64,000 bases of DNA. Source: an uncultured Chloroflexia bacterium. GTDB taxonomy: Bacteria > Chloroflexota > Limnocylindria > Limnocylindrales > CSP1-4. Position 1 is the first letter of the stretch. Each line of letters begins with the position of its first letter. The notes under the pieces were generated by a model. The model had not been told where the DNA came from and did not search any database. It worked only from the letters and a program-made list of their open reading frames with translations. Positions 9,115 to 18,859 of this stretch are shown here, in pieces. A program made the translations under genes and the position numbers. The DNA lies in NCBI GenBank assembly GCA_963828165.1, contig CAWHDR010000001.1, positions 2,016,001 through 2,080,000 of the forward strand. The letters are read 5' to 3'.

Positions 9115-10652
9115 CCGGGCCGGCCGCGGAGGACCGCCCGTCCCCACCCGGCGACTACCCGGTGGTCGTGATCGGCTCCGGACCCGGCGGGCTGCAGGCG
9201 TCGTACTCGCTGGCGCGCCAGGGGATCGGGCACGCGACGATCTCCGCGGACCCGGGACCCGGTGGCATGTTCCGGCGCTGGCCGTTCTTCCAGCGACTGC
9301 TGTCCTGGACCAAGCCGCACGCCCCTGCCCCGAGAGGCTCGCGCGCGTACGAGCGGTTTGACTGGAACAGCCTCCTGGGCGAGGACGCCGAGACCCGGGC
9401 GCTCCAGCCCGAGTTCATGGATGGCTCCTCGTACTTTCCGTCCCGGCCGGAGATGGAGGCGAACCTCACGGCATTCGCCGAGCGCGGCGCCGTGGCGGTC
9501 CGCTACGGCTGCCGCTGGACCGGGACACAGCTCGAGGAGGGTCCGGACGGGCGCCGGTTCGTCGTCAAGACCTCCGACGGGACGTACCGCGCCGAGGCGC
9601 TCATCGTCGCCGTCGGCGTGTCCGAGCCCTACATCCCGCCGGGCGCCGGGATGGAGCATGCGCGGCACTACGCGGACGTCCAGGAAGCCCAGAGCTATGC
9701 CGGGAAGCGCGTCTTCATCGTCGGCAAGCAGAACTCCGGGTTCGAGCTTGCCAACGGCCTTCTGCCGTGGGCGCGTCAGCTGGTGCTCGCGTCGCCGTCG
9801 ACGGCGCGCCTCTCGGTCGATACCCGCTCATTGGTCGGCGTCCGCGCCCGGTATGTCCAGCCATACGAGGACCACGTGCTCGGTGGCGGTGTCGCCATCC
9901 TCGACGCCGCGATCGAGCGCATCGAGCCGGTGTCCGGCGGTGACGGAGCCTTGTCGGTGCACCTGCGGCGTACCGACGGAGGCGGCGACCTCGCGCTCGA
10001 GGTGGATGAGGTGATCTCGGCCACGGGGTTCGTCTGCCCGCTCCAGGACCTGCCCGATCTCGGGGTCACGACGATCGGTGCCAGCAGGTTGCCCGGGCAG
10101 ACGGCGTGGTGGGAGAGCACGACGGTGCCCGGCCTGTTCTTCGCCGGGACGATCGGACAGGGCGCGAAGGGCCTCCAGCGACACGGCCAGCCGAGCAACT
10201 CCGGAGCGGTCCACGGGGCCCGCTACAACGCCCGGCTCTTGGTGAGGCGACTCGCTGAGACTCGGTTCGGGGTTGCGCCGCCGCGCCCGCAGGTGGCGGC
10301 CGCCGACGTGGTGGACCTCGTGACCAGCGAGCTGGCCGAAGCGCCCGAGCTGTGGCATCAGCGCGGCTACCTCGCCCGGGTGATCACCGCCGACCCGGAC
10401 GCCGGGCTGGTGGACGACGGTGTCCAGCCGCTCAGCCACGTCCTGGATGCCGGCGGCTCCGACGCACTGGCGTTCACGCTCGAGGCAGACGGGACAGGCG
10501 CGATCTACCCGGTGTTGTACAGCCGGATCCGGGGTGCGGTCTCAGAGCGGATGGTCGACCCGGATCCGTTGCTGCGCTACGACGGGCCGGACACCCGGAG
10601 CGTCATCGAGGAGGTCGTGCGGTCGGTGGTGCCGGGCGCCGTCGCTCGCTAG
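9102..10652 (+). CDS. FAD/NAD(P)-dependent oxidoreductase (FOXRED2-like / FMO-like)
   Basis: VVIGSGPGGLQ FAD motif, RFDWNSLL, second Rossmann motif IVGKQNSGFE, ATGF, SGAVHGARY. Confidence 0.85.
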   Translation: MAELTGPAAEDRPSPPGDYPVVVIGSGPGGLQASYSLARQGIGHATISADPGPGGMFRRWPFFQRLLSWTKPHAPAPRGSRAYERFDWNSLLGEDAETRALQPEFMDGSSYFPSRPEMEANLTAFAERGAVAVRYGCRWTGTQLEEGPDGRRFVVKTSDGTYRAEALIVAVGVSEPYIPPGAGMEHARHYADVQEAQSYAGKRVFIVGKQNSGFELANGLLPWARQLVLASPSTARLSVDTRSLVGVRARYVQPYEDHVLGGGVAILDAAIERIEPVSGGDGALSVHLRRTDGGGDLALEVDEVISATGFVCPLQDLPDLGVTTIGASRLPGQTAWWESTTVPGLFFAGTIGQGAKGLQRHGQPSNSGAVHGARYNARLLVRRLAETRFGVAPPRPQVAAADVVDLVTSELAEAPELWHQRGYLARVITADPDAGLVDDGVQPLSHVLDAGGSDALAFTLEADGTGAIYPVLYSRIRGAVSERMVDPDPLLRYDGPDTRSVIEEVVRSVVPGAVAR

Positions 10653-11818
10653 GTCGCGCCCAGGCGGGCGAGCCGGGCCGCGGCGGCCTCCAGCGTGGCG
10701 AGCTGCTTGGGGAACGCGAAGCGCAGCTTCGTGCGGCCGAGCTCCGGACGCGAGAAGAACGACGATCCAGGTACCCCCGCCACACCCGGGTCGCGGATGA
10801 GCCGGTGGGCGAAGGTCACGTCGTCCTCGTCGGTCAGGTCGCGGATGTCGGTCATGACGTAGTACGCGCCGGCCGGGCGGTGCACGCGGAACCCGGCCGC
10901 CTCGAGTGCCGGGACGAGGACGTCGCGCCGTTCCCGGTATGCCGCCAGGAGGTCCGTGTAGTAGGCGGGCGGGAACCCCAGCGCCGTCACGGCCGCGGCC
11001 TGGAGCGGGGCCGCTGCCCCGACGGTCAGGAAGTCGTGGACGCGCCGGATGCCCACCGACAGGTCGGCCGGAGCGATCGTCCAGCCGATCCGCCAACCGG
11101 TCACCGAGTACGTCTTGGACATCGAGTGGATCGAAACCGTCCGCTCCGCCATCCCGGGTAGCGTCGCGAGGGGGATGTGCTCTCCCTCGAACACGAGGTG
11201 CTCGTAGATGTCGTCCGTGAAGGCGATGACGTCGTGCTCCTGGCACAGATCGGCGATGAGCTGGAGCTCGTCGCGCGAGAAGACCTTGCCCGTGGGGTTG
11301 TGTGGCGAGTTGACGACGATGCCCCGGGTCTTCGCGTTGAATGCCGCCCGCAGCTCATCGGGGTCGATGGACCAGTCGGGCTCGTGGAGCGTCACGTAGC
11401 GCGGGGTGGCGTCGCTGAGGATCGCGTCGGGGCCGTAGTTCTCGTAGTACGGCTCGAAGACGACCACCTCGTCGCCGGGATCGAGGATGCCGAGCATGGC
11501 GGCGATCATCGCCTCGGTCGCGCCACAGGTGACGGTGACCTGGGTCTCGGGATCGATGTCGCCCCAGGCCGGGACGTGTCTCGGGGTGGTCTCGGCGATG
11601 GCATCACGCAGCGGCTTGGAGCCCCACGTGATGGCGTACTGGTTGATGTCCGCGTCGACGGCCTCGGCGACGGCGCGTTTGAGCTCCGGTGGACAGGCGA
11701 AGTCCGGGAAACCCTGGGCGAGGCTGACGGCCCCGTGCGCCACTGCCTGGCGATTCATGTCGCGGATGACCGACTCGGTGAATCGCTCTGCCTTGGCCGA
11801 GATCCTCGAAGGTCGCAT
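10649..11818 (-). CDS. PLP-dependent aminotransferase class I/II (YbdL/DapC-like)
   Basis: LAQGFPDF, TCGATEA, NSPHNPTGKV, DDIYEHL, SMSKTYSVTGWRIGW. Confidence 0.93.
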   Translation of the reverse strand: MRPSRISAKAERFTESVIRDMNRQAVAHGAVSLAQGFPDFACPPELKRAVAEAVDADINQYAITWGSKPLRDAIAETTPRHVPAWGDIDPETQVTVTCGATEAMIAAMLGILDPGDEVVVFEPYYENYGPDAILSDATPRYVTLHEPDWSIDPDELRAAFNAKTRGIVVNSPHNPTGKVFSRDELQLIADLCQEHDVIAFTDDIYEHLVFEGEHIPLATLPGMAERTVSIHSMSKTYSVTGWRIGWTIAPADLSVGIRRVHDFLTVGAAAPLQAAAVTALGFPPAYYTDLLAAYRERRDVLVPALEAAGFRVHRPAGAYYVMTDIRDLTDEDDVTFAHRLIRDPGVAGVPGSSFFSRPELGRTKLRFAFPKQLATLEAAAARLARLGAT

Positions 11819-11836
11819 CGCGCCGAAGTCTAGGGC

Positions 11837-13957
11837 TCAGACCAGGTGGCGGGGGATGCGCTCGGACCAGGAGCGCTCGAAGAAGCGGACGCCATCGACG
11901 TCGACCTCGAGCCGGACAGTCAGGTCGAAGTCGGTCGCGCTGCTCGTCTGCCGGGAGTCCGCCCTGATCTCGATGCGGGTCAGCTCGCCGTCGCGGCCGC
12001 TCTCCCGCTCCTGCCAGCGATAGACGACGTGTGCGTCGAGCTCCGCGCGAGCCGGGTCGGCGTCCCAGGCCGTCATGCGCAGCGTCTCGGCCGCGTACAG
12101 GCGCCGGCCATCGGGCACGATCGTCTCGCCGCCGTCGTGGACATGGACGGTCACGGAGCCCCCGATCACGTCCTCGTCGATGCGCCACACCGGCGGGTCC
12201 ATCACGGCCGCGCCCCCGCCGTCCAGCGGGTTCGCGCGCGGCCAGTGCAGGTCGGGTGGCTGGGTCCGGAATGCCGGCGCGGCCGCGTCGCCCGGACCGC
12301 TGGCGGGCGGGACCACCGGGAGCTCGAGGCGCGACGGCGTGGCGGGCCCGCGATGCACCCGGAACGTAGCCGGATACGGCGACGGCCACAGCACGGGCCA
12401 CAGCGACGAGGCGAGCGCGACCCGGATGCGGTGACCCGGCAGCCACCGATAGCCGGCGGTCCGAAGCGGCACCCGGATCTCCTCGACGACGCCGGGCCGC
12501 AGTGGCTCCGGGTCGGTATGCGAGCGGCGATGGGTCAGGTTCAGCACGCCGGCGCTGACCAGGGCCACGCTGCCGTCCGGAGCCACGTCCGACAGCCGCA
12601 CCGAGAGGGTCGCCACGGGGGCGTCGACGTCGACGTGGACGACGACTTGCGGGACGCCGAGGATCTCGATCGGTCCGTCCAAGGGGTCGGACGTGTAGGT
12701 CGGGCCGGCATCCTCGTCCCGACGGAGGTCGCGCGCGAGGCCGTTCGGAGCGTCGCCGGCGCCCCACGACAGGGGGCCACGCGTGCCGGCGGTCGGCCGG
12801 TGGACGAACGTATCGATCGACTCGCCGCCGTCCACGCCCGACTGGACGAGCCGCCCGGCCAGCGGAACCGCTCCCGCCCCGAATGACCAGGGTCGGGCGA
12901 CGGTCTCCGGATGCGGGTAGGCGCTTGCCGCGCGCCAGCGGCCGGGCGATCCCGCTGGGAACGGCGCCGGCGGTGCCCATTCCCGCTCGAACCAGACGAC
13001 GGCCGGCTCGGTGTCCCAGCCGTTGTCGGCCCCGCGCAGGTGCCGATCGAAGAATCGAGCGATCTCGTGCAGCTCGTCGAGGTTGGGGCCCGGCGCGGCC
13101 TCGTGCGGCCACGAATGCACCCAGTTCCCGACGAGCGTGTGCGACGGCGCCGGGCAGCGGGCCTGCATCCGGAACGCCGGGTCGACATAGCTGTCCTGCC
13201 AGCCGCCGATGTTGAAGATCGCGGCTTCGATCCCGTCGTAGTCGGGCGCGAGCGAGCCTTGGCGCCAGTACGGTCCGTCGGTCTGCTGTCGGAGCCAGGC
13301 GAACAGCCACGGCGGCGTGGCGTCCAGCCGGGCGAGCCATTCGTCGCGCCATGCGGCGCCTCGGAACGCCGCGTCGGGCGGCATCGCGTTCATCGCGACC
13401 TGGCTCACCGCGTACTGCGAGAGCTCGCTGACCGTGACGCAGCCGCCCCGATAGTGCACGTCGTCGAGATATCGGTCGTCCGTGGCCATGACCGGCACGA
13501 TCGCGCGCAGGTGTGGCGGGCGCAGGGCCGCGACCTGGATCGCCGTGAAGCCGCCGTAGCTGATCCCCCACATGCCGACCGCGCCATCGCACCATGGCTG
13601 CGCGGCCAGCCACTCGACCGCGTCGTATCCGTCCCGTGTCTCGTCCGCCGTGTACTCGTCCAGCGCCACGCCGCCGGACGATCCCGTGCCGCGGACGTCA
13701 ACACGGCAGAGCGCGTAGCCGCGGGCCGCGAACCACTCGCCACGGGTGATGTCCGACGCCCGTCGCCAGTTGTCCTTGCCGTACGGGATCATCTCCAAGA
13801 TGGCCGGGAAGGCCTCGTCCGGGGCGTCGGGACGGGGGAGGGGCCGCCAGATATTGGCCGACAGCTCGACCCCGTCGCGCGCCGGGATCCGAACATCCCA
13901 GTCGACCGCGACCTCGTGCCTCGGTTCGCTGGCCGTTCGCGGATCCGGGTCGGTCAC
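11837..13957 (-). CDS. CocE/NonD family serine hydrolase
   Basis: IPYGKD, DVRGTGSSGG, GMWGISYGG nucleophile elbow, GGWQDSY, GNWVH, C-terminal PepX-like jelly-roll. Start taken from TAGACT at 13965-13970. Confidence 0.92.
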   Translation of the reverse strand: MTDPDPRTASEPRHEVAVDWDVRIPARDGVELSANIWRPLPRPDAPDEAFPAILEMIPYGKDNWRRASDITRGEWFAARGYALCRVDVRGTGSSGGVALDEYTADETRDGYDAVEWLAAQPWCDGAVGMWGISYGGFTAIQVAALRPPHLRAIVPVMATDDRYLDDVHYRGGCVTVSELSQYAVSQVAMNAMPPDAAFRGAAWRDEWLARLDATPPWLFAWLRQQTDGPYWRQGSLAPDYDGIEAAIFNIGGWQDSYVDPAFRMQARCPAPSHTLVGNWVHSWPHEAAPGPNLDELHEIARFFDRHLRGADNGWDTEPAVVWFEREWAPPAPFPAGSPGRWRAASAYPHPETVARPWSFGAGAVPLAGRLVQSGVDGGESIDTFVHRPTAGTRGPLSWGAGDAPNGLARDLRRDEDAGPTYTSDPLDGPIEILGVPQVVVHVDVDAPVATLSVRLSDVAPDGSVALVSAGVLNLTHRRSHTDPEPLRPGVVEEIRVPLRTAGYRWLPGHRIRVALASSLWPVLWPSPYPATFRVHRGPATPSRLELPVVPPASGPGDAAAPAFRTQPPDLHWPRANPLDGGGAAVMDPPVWRIDEDVIGGSVTVHVHDGGETIVPDGRRLYAAETLRMTAWDADPARAELDAHVVYRWQERESGRDGELTRIEIRADSRQTSSATDFDLTVRLEVDVDGVRFFERSWSERIPRHLV

Positions 13958-14024
13958 GTCGGGGAGTCTAGAGCCGTCGTGCGACGTGCCGACGGGCGAG
14001 CCCGTGCCATGCGACGATGCCGCC

Positions 14025-14573
14025 ATGGACGGGCGCTTCGCACGAAACAGCCGGCGCGTCGCGTATCAGAACGCGTGGATCACCGTGTGGCACGACGAGG
14101 TCACCCGCCCCGACGGCAACCCCGGGATCTACGGCGTCGTGCACTTCGCCAACCGGGCGGTCGGCGTCGTCGCGATCGACGATGACGATCGACTCGTCCT
14201 CGTCGGCCAGCACCGCTATCCGCTGGAGCACGAGTCGTGGGAGATCCCGGAAGGCGGCGTAGCGGTCGACGAGGACCCGGTGGTGGGCGCCCAGCGCGAG
14301 CTCCGCGAGGAGACCGGCCTGACGGCGACGTCCTGGCGCGAGCTGTGCCGGCTCGAGTTGTCCAATTCGGTGACCGACGAGACGGCGGTCCTGTTCGTCG
14401 CGGCCGGCCTCACCGCCGGCGAGTCCGATCCAGAGCCCACGGAGTCCATCGAGGTCCGCTGGGTGCCGTTCGAGGAGGCCCTCGCGATGATCCTCGACGG
14501 GCGGATCACCGACGCGCTGTCCGTCGTGGCGATCCAGCGGGTCGCCCTGGACCGACTGACTGCGAGGCCATGA
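14025..14573 (+). CDS. NUDIX hydrolase (ADP-ribose pyrophosphatase-like)
   Basis: WEIPEGG...AQRELREETG Nudix box, QHRYP, GRITDA. Confidence 0.92.
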   Translation: MDGRFARNSRRVAYQNAWITVWHDEVTRPDGNPGIYGVVHFANRAVGVVAIDDDDRLVLVGQHRYPLEHESWEIPEGGVAVDEDPVVGAQRELREETGLTATSWRELCRLELSNSVTDETAVLFVAAGLTAGESDPEPTESIEVRWVPFEEALAMILDGRITDALSVVAIQRVALDRLTARP

Positions 14574-15751
14574 CCAGCGAACGTCACGAGTGGGACGTCG
14601 TCGTGGTCGGCCTGGGCGCGATCGGGTCGGCCGCGGCCTACTGGGCGACCACCCGTCCCGGCACCCGCGTCCTCGGTCTCGAGCAGTTCGAGCTTGGGCA
14701 CGCGAACGGCGCGTCCGCGGACCACAGTCGGATCATCCGTCTGTCCTACCACCGACCCGACTACGTTCGGTTGGCCAAACGCGCGTTCGAGACATGGGCC
14801 GAGGTGGAGGCCGAGGCCGACGAGCGGATCGTCACGGTGACGGGCGGGCTCGACCTCTGGCCCGCGGACCCCGGCATCCCGATGGGCGACTACACGGACA
14901 GCCTTGCCGCCGAAGCCGTCCCGTTCGAGATCCTCGACGCCGCCGAGGTCATGCGGCGCTGGCCGCAGTGGCACCTCCCGGACGACGTCACCGCGATGTG
15001 GCAATCGCGAGGCGGACTCGCCGACCCCTATCGCGGGAACGCCGCGCATCGGCGGCTGGCGACGGCCCGCGGCGCCGCCCTCGTCGACCGCACGCCCGTC
15101 ACGGCGATCCGGGGGGCAGGAGGTGCCTACGAGGTGGATGCCGGCGGCGAAACCCATGTCGCCGGCCGCGTCATCCTGGCCGCCGACGCCTGGACCAACC
15201 CACTGCTGGCCTCGTTCGACCGGCGCCTGCCCCTGACCGTGACGAAGGAACAGGTCACCTACTTCGCGGCGCCCGATCCAGCCGCCTTCGCGCCCGACCG
15301 GTTCCCGGTCTGGATCTGGATGGACGAACCGTCCTTCTACGGCATCCCGACCTATGGCGAGGCCGGTCCCAAGGTCGCCCAGGATGCAGGCGGGCAGCCG
15401 ACGACACCCGACGAGCGGACGTTCGACCGCGACGACGCGATGTACGGTCGCGTGCGGCGATTCACCGAGACGTACCTGCCCGACGCCGCTGGCCCCGAGC
15501 TCCTCACGAAGACGTGTCTGTACACGCTGACGCCGGATCGGGATTTCGTCGTGGACCGCGTTCCTGACGCGCCCGGCGTCGTCGTCGGGCTCGGCGCGGG
15601 CCACGGGTTCAAGTTCGCTTCCGTCCTCGGCCGCATCCTCGTCGAGCTGGCCCTGGACGGGCGATCGCCGTCCGACGGCGAGCTGGGCGGATTTCGGATC
15701 GACCGGCCCATCCTGCTCGAGCGCGATCCCGCGACGAGCTGGCTGGTCTGA
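14570..15751 (+). CDS. solA: N-methyltryptophan oxidase / monomeric sarcosine oxidase family
   Basis: VVGLGAIGSAA, ASADHSRIIRLSY, TCLYTLTPDRDFVVD (covalent-FAD Cys), GHGFKF. Confidence 0.88.
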   Translation: MTSERHEWDVVVVGLGAIGSAAAYWATTRPGTRVLGLEQFELGHANGASADHSRIIRLSYHRPDYVRLAKRAFETWAEVEAEADERIVTVTGGLDLWPADPGIPMGDYTDSLAAEAVPFEILDAAEVMRRWPQWHLPDDVTAMWQSRGGLADPYRGNAAHRRLATARGAALVDRTPVTAIRGAGGAYEVDAGGETHVAGRVILAADAWTNPLLASFDRRLPLTVTKEQVTYFAAPDPAAFAPDRFPVWIWMDEPSFYGIPTYGEAGPKVAQDAGGQPTTPDERTFDRDDAMYGRVRRFTETYLPDAAGPELLTKTCLYTLTPDRDFVVDRVPDAPGVVVGLGAGHGFKFASVLGRILVELALDGRSPSDGELGGFRIDRPILLERDPATSWLV

Positions 15752-15884
15752 GGCGCACGCTGCGGGTCGTTCCTTGCACCGCCCCCCGGCGTATGCCACC
15801 GTACGGCCACTCGGCCGGGATGGACGAGTTCGGGAGGACAACGGGCGGCCAGGAACGCAAACCGGCCGCATGGAGGAGGCTTCG

Positions 15885-17801
15885 ATGCGATCTCCCCTGC
15901 ATGCTCGCACGGTTCGCGCGGTCGCTGCCGCCGGCCTGATCGCGGCGCTGCTGCTTCCAGCCGCGATCCCTGCGACGGCGCAGACCACGATCGTGCTCCG
16001 TGCCGGCACGGATCAGGATCTGCAGGTCCTCAACCCCTGGCACTCGGTCCTCGTCGTCGACTACGAGGCCTTCACGCTCAACTACGACCTGCTCGTAGGC
16101 TTTGGCCAGGATCTCCAGCCGGCCCCGGGCTTCGCCGAGTCGTGGTCGTCGTCTGCGGATGGGATGACCCATACCTTCAAGATCCGCGAGGGGATGACCT
16201 GGTCCGACGGAGAGCCGGCGACATCAGAGGATGCGCGCTGGACCTACCAGCTCGTGCTGGACGCCGTAGCATCTGAGGCGGGCGGCCTCGGATCGTTCTA
16301 CCTGGAGCCGTACCTCACGAATGCCGGCTTGAAGGCCGTCACGGCGCCGGATCCGCTGACCCTCGTCGTCGAGACGTCCTTCCCGACCACCCTTCTGACG
16401 CAGGCCTACGTGCCGATCCTGCCCAAGCACATCTGGGAGGACTACTCCCTGGAGCAGATCGGCAACTCGGAGGCGGACGGCTTCTTCAAGAACGAGCCGC
16501 CGGTCGTCGGCACGGGCCCCTACCAGGCGGTCTCATGGGAGCCCGGTGACAACATCCGGTTCGCACGCAACGAGTCGTACTGGGGCGACCAGGGCGCGGC
16601 CGACGAGATCATCATCCAGAACTTCGAGAGCACGGACACGATGACCCAGGCCCTCAAGACCGGCGAGGTCGACTACATCCGCGGCGTCGGCGCCGACCAG
16701 TTCGACGCGCTCGCCTCGGAGGAGGGGATCGAGACCGTCGAGGGCTTCGCGAACGGGTACTCGTACCTGTCCTTCAACACGAAGGGGAACGCGGAGGGAT
16801 ACGGCGGCTCGACCTCGGCCCTCGCCGATGTCGCGTTCCGTGACGCCCTTGGCTATGCCATCGACCCGGCCCGCCTGGTCGATGCGACCCTGGCCGGCCA
16901 CGGTGTGCCCGGGACGACGAATGTTCCGCCGTACCACGCCAACTGGCACGTGGCGCCAGCCAGTCCACGGACCTTCGACATCGAGGAGGCGAAGCGTCGA
17001 CTCGATGCCGCCGGGTACCCGCTCGACGCCGGCGGACGTCGGCTCGACAAGGACGGCGAGCAGATCACCCTTCGGTTGACGTGGCCCGACTCGGAAGCCG
17101 AGATGGCCACGAACGCACAGTTCATCCAGGGCTGGTACCAGGAGCTCGGCATCACGGTCGATGCTGCGGTGACCGAGGAAGGCAAGCTGCTCGAAGACCT
17201 CCTGGGTCCACCCGATGGCCCCGCGAACTGGGACTTCTACATGTGGGGCTGGGTGGGCGATCCGGATCCGATGTCGCTGCTCTCGTTCTTCACGTCCGGT
17301 CAGCTGGGCGGCCTCAACGACAGCTTCTACGCCAACGATCGCTACGACGAGCTGTTCGAGCTCCAGCAGAAAGCCCTCGACCCCGTCGAGCGCAAGGGCT
17401 ACATCGCCGAGATGCAGGAGATCTTCTATCGCGATGCCCCGTACCACGTCATGTATTACGACTCGGAGCTGCACGCCTACCGGACGGACACGTTCAGCGG
17501 CTGGGAGAACCAGCCACCCGAGAGTGGCACGCCCCTGTTCGGGTACGGCCCGATCGGCTACACCAAGCTCACCCTGGCATCGGAGGCCGCACCCAGCGCC
17601 TCGGCACCCGCGAGCGGCGGGGCTGCGGCCAGCGGTGGCGCCACCACGCCGGCGCCGACCCAGCCGGCGCCCACGAATCCGCTCGCGGGCAACACGCCGC
17701 TGCTCGCGGTCATCCTGGCGCTCGTCGCCGTCGCGGTGGTCGGGCTGGTCCTCGTGCGGCGACGCCGCACCACGACGGTCACAACGACGGAGGACGAGTG
17801 A
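15885..17801 (+). CDS. Peptide/nickel ABC substrate-binding protein (family 5) with C-terminal TM anchor
   Basis: Signal peptide, TFKIREGMTWSDGEP, VGTGPY, Ala/Pro/Thr linker, TM helix and RRRR tail; GGAGG RBS. Confidence 0.92.
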   Translation: MRSPLHARTVRAVAAAGLIAALLLPAAIPATAQTTIVLRAGTDQDLQVLNPWHSVLVVDYEAFTLNYDLLVGFGQDLQPAPGFAESWSSSADGMTHTFKIREGMTWSDGEPATSEDARWTYQLVLDAVASEAGGLGSFYLEPYLTNAGLKAVTAPDPLTLVVETSFPTTLLTQAYVPILPKHIWEDYSLEQIGNSEADGFFKNEPPVVGTGPYQAVSWEPGDNIRFARNESYWGDQGAADEIIIQNFESTDTMTQALKTGEVDYIRGVGADQFDALASEEGIETVEGFANGYSYLSFNTKGNAEGYGGSTSALADVAFRDALGYAIDPARLVDATLAGHGVPGTTNVPPYHANWHVAPASPRTFDIEEAKRRLDAAGYPLDAGGRRLDKDGEQITLRLTWPDSEAEMATNAQFIQGWYQELGITVDAAVTEEGKLLEDLLGPPDGPANWDFYMWGWVGDPDPMSLLSFFTSGQLGGLNDSFYANDRYDELFELQQKALDPVERKGYIAEMQEIFYRDAPYHVMYYDSELHAYRTDTFSGWENQPPESGTPLFGYGPIGYTKLTLASEAAPSASAPASGGAAASGGATTPAPTQPAPTNPLAGNTPLLAVILALVAVAVVGLVLVRRRRTTTVTTTEDE

Positions 17802-17884
17802 CCGAGCGGGCTGCGGCCCGCTCGCCGGTCACGGGCCGGGGGGGCCGCGTTCGCGCGGTCCCCGCCCGGTAACGCCGGGCGCCC

Positions 17885-18859
17885 GTGGGCTTGCGCTATC
17901 TCGCCCGAAGGGTCGCCGCCGCCCTGCTGACGATCCTCTTCATCGTCCTGCTCAACTTCGTCCTGTTCCGGATGATGCCTGGGTCGCCGGAACGGATCCT
18001 TGGGCGCAACCCGAACGTGACGCCGGAGATCCTCGCCGCCAAGCGCGCCCAGTGGGGCCTCGACAAGCCGGTTTTTCCCGACCAGTTCGCCGCGTACATC
18101 AGCTCCACCGTCCAGGGCGATCTCGGCTTCTCATTCGTGGCGCGCGGCCGGAGCGTCGTGGAGGTCCTGGGCCAACGGATCGGCCCGACACTGCTGCTGT
18201 TCGGGCTGGGCGAGATCATCGCCATCGTGGTCGGCCTGGCGCTGGGTGCCTATTCGGGCTGGAAACGCGGCGGCCCGGTCGACCACGTCGGGAATGCCGC
18301 ATCGCTGCTCCTCTACTCGACCCCGTACTTCCTCCTCGGTATGGCGCTCCTGCTGATCTTCGCGACGACGCTCGGCTGGTTCCCGACGTTCGGGATGCTC
18401 ACCGCCGGGGCGACGTACGCGTCCCCACTCGACAAGCTCGCCGATCTCGGGCGCCATCTCGTGCTTCCGGTCGCGACGGTCGCGCTCGGGCTCATCGGCC
18501 AGTACGCGATCGTCATGCGCTCGTCGATCGTCGAGACGCTCTCGGACGACTACGTGACGACGGCCCGGGCGAAAGGGTTGCGCGACGATCAAGTGCTGCG
18601 CCGGCACGCGCTCCCGAACGCGATGCTGCCGACGGTCACGCTGATCGCGATCAACCTGGGCTACGTCGTGGCCGGCGCCATCACCGTGGAGGTCGTCTTC
18701 AACTGGCCGGGTCTCGGCACGCTGACGGTCGAAGCGCTGTCGGCTCGCGACTACCCGGTCCTGCAGGGCATCTTCCTGTTGCTCTCGGTGTCGGTCGTGC
18801 TGGCCAACCTCGGAGCGGACATGCTGTACGGCAGACTGGACCCGCGGGTGCGGACATGA
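17885..18859 (+). CDS. Peptide ABC permease (DppB/OppB)
   Basis: GDLGFS, DYVTTARAKGL, RHALPNA, RDYPVLQG, LDPRVR. Confidence 0.95.
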   Translation: MGLRYLARRVAAALLTILFIVLLNFVLFRMMPGSPERILGRNPNVTPEILAAKRAQWGLDKPVFPDQFAAYISSTVQGDLGFSFVARGRSVVEVLGQRIGPTLLLFGLGEIIAIVVGLALGAYSGWKRGGPVDHVGNAASLLLYSTPYFLLGMALLLIFATTLGWFPTFGMLTAGATYASPLDKLADLGRHLVLPVATVALGLIGQYAIVMRSSIVETLSDDYVTTARAKGLRDDQVLRRHALPNAMLPTVTLIAINLGYVVAGAITVEVVFNWPGLGTLTVEALSARDYPVLQGIFLLLSVSVVLANLGADMLYGRLDPRVRT

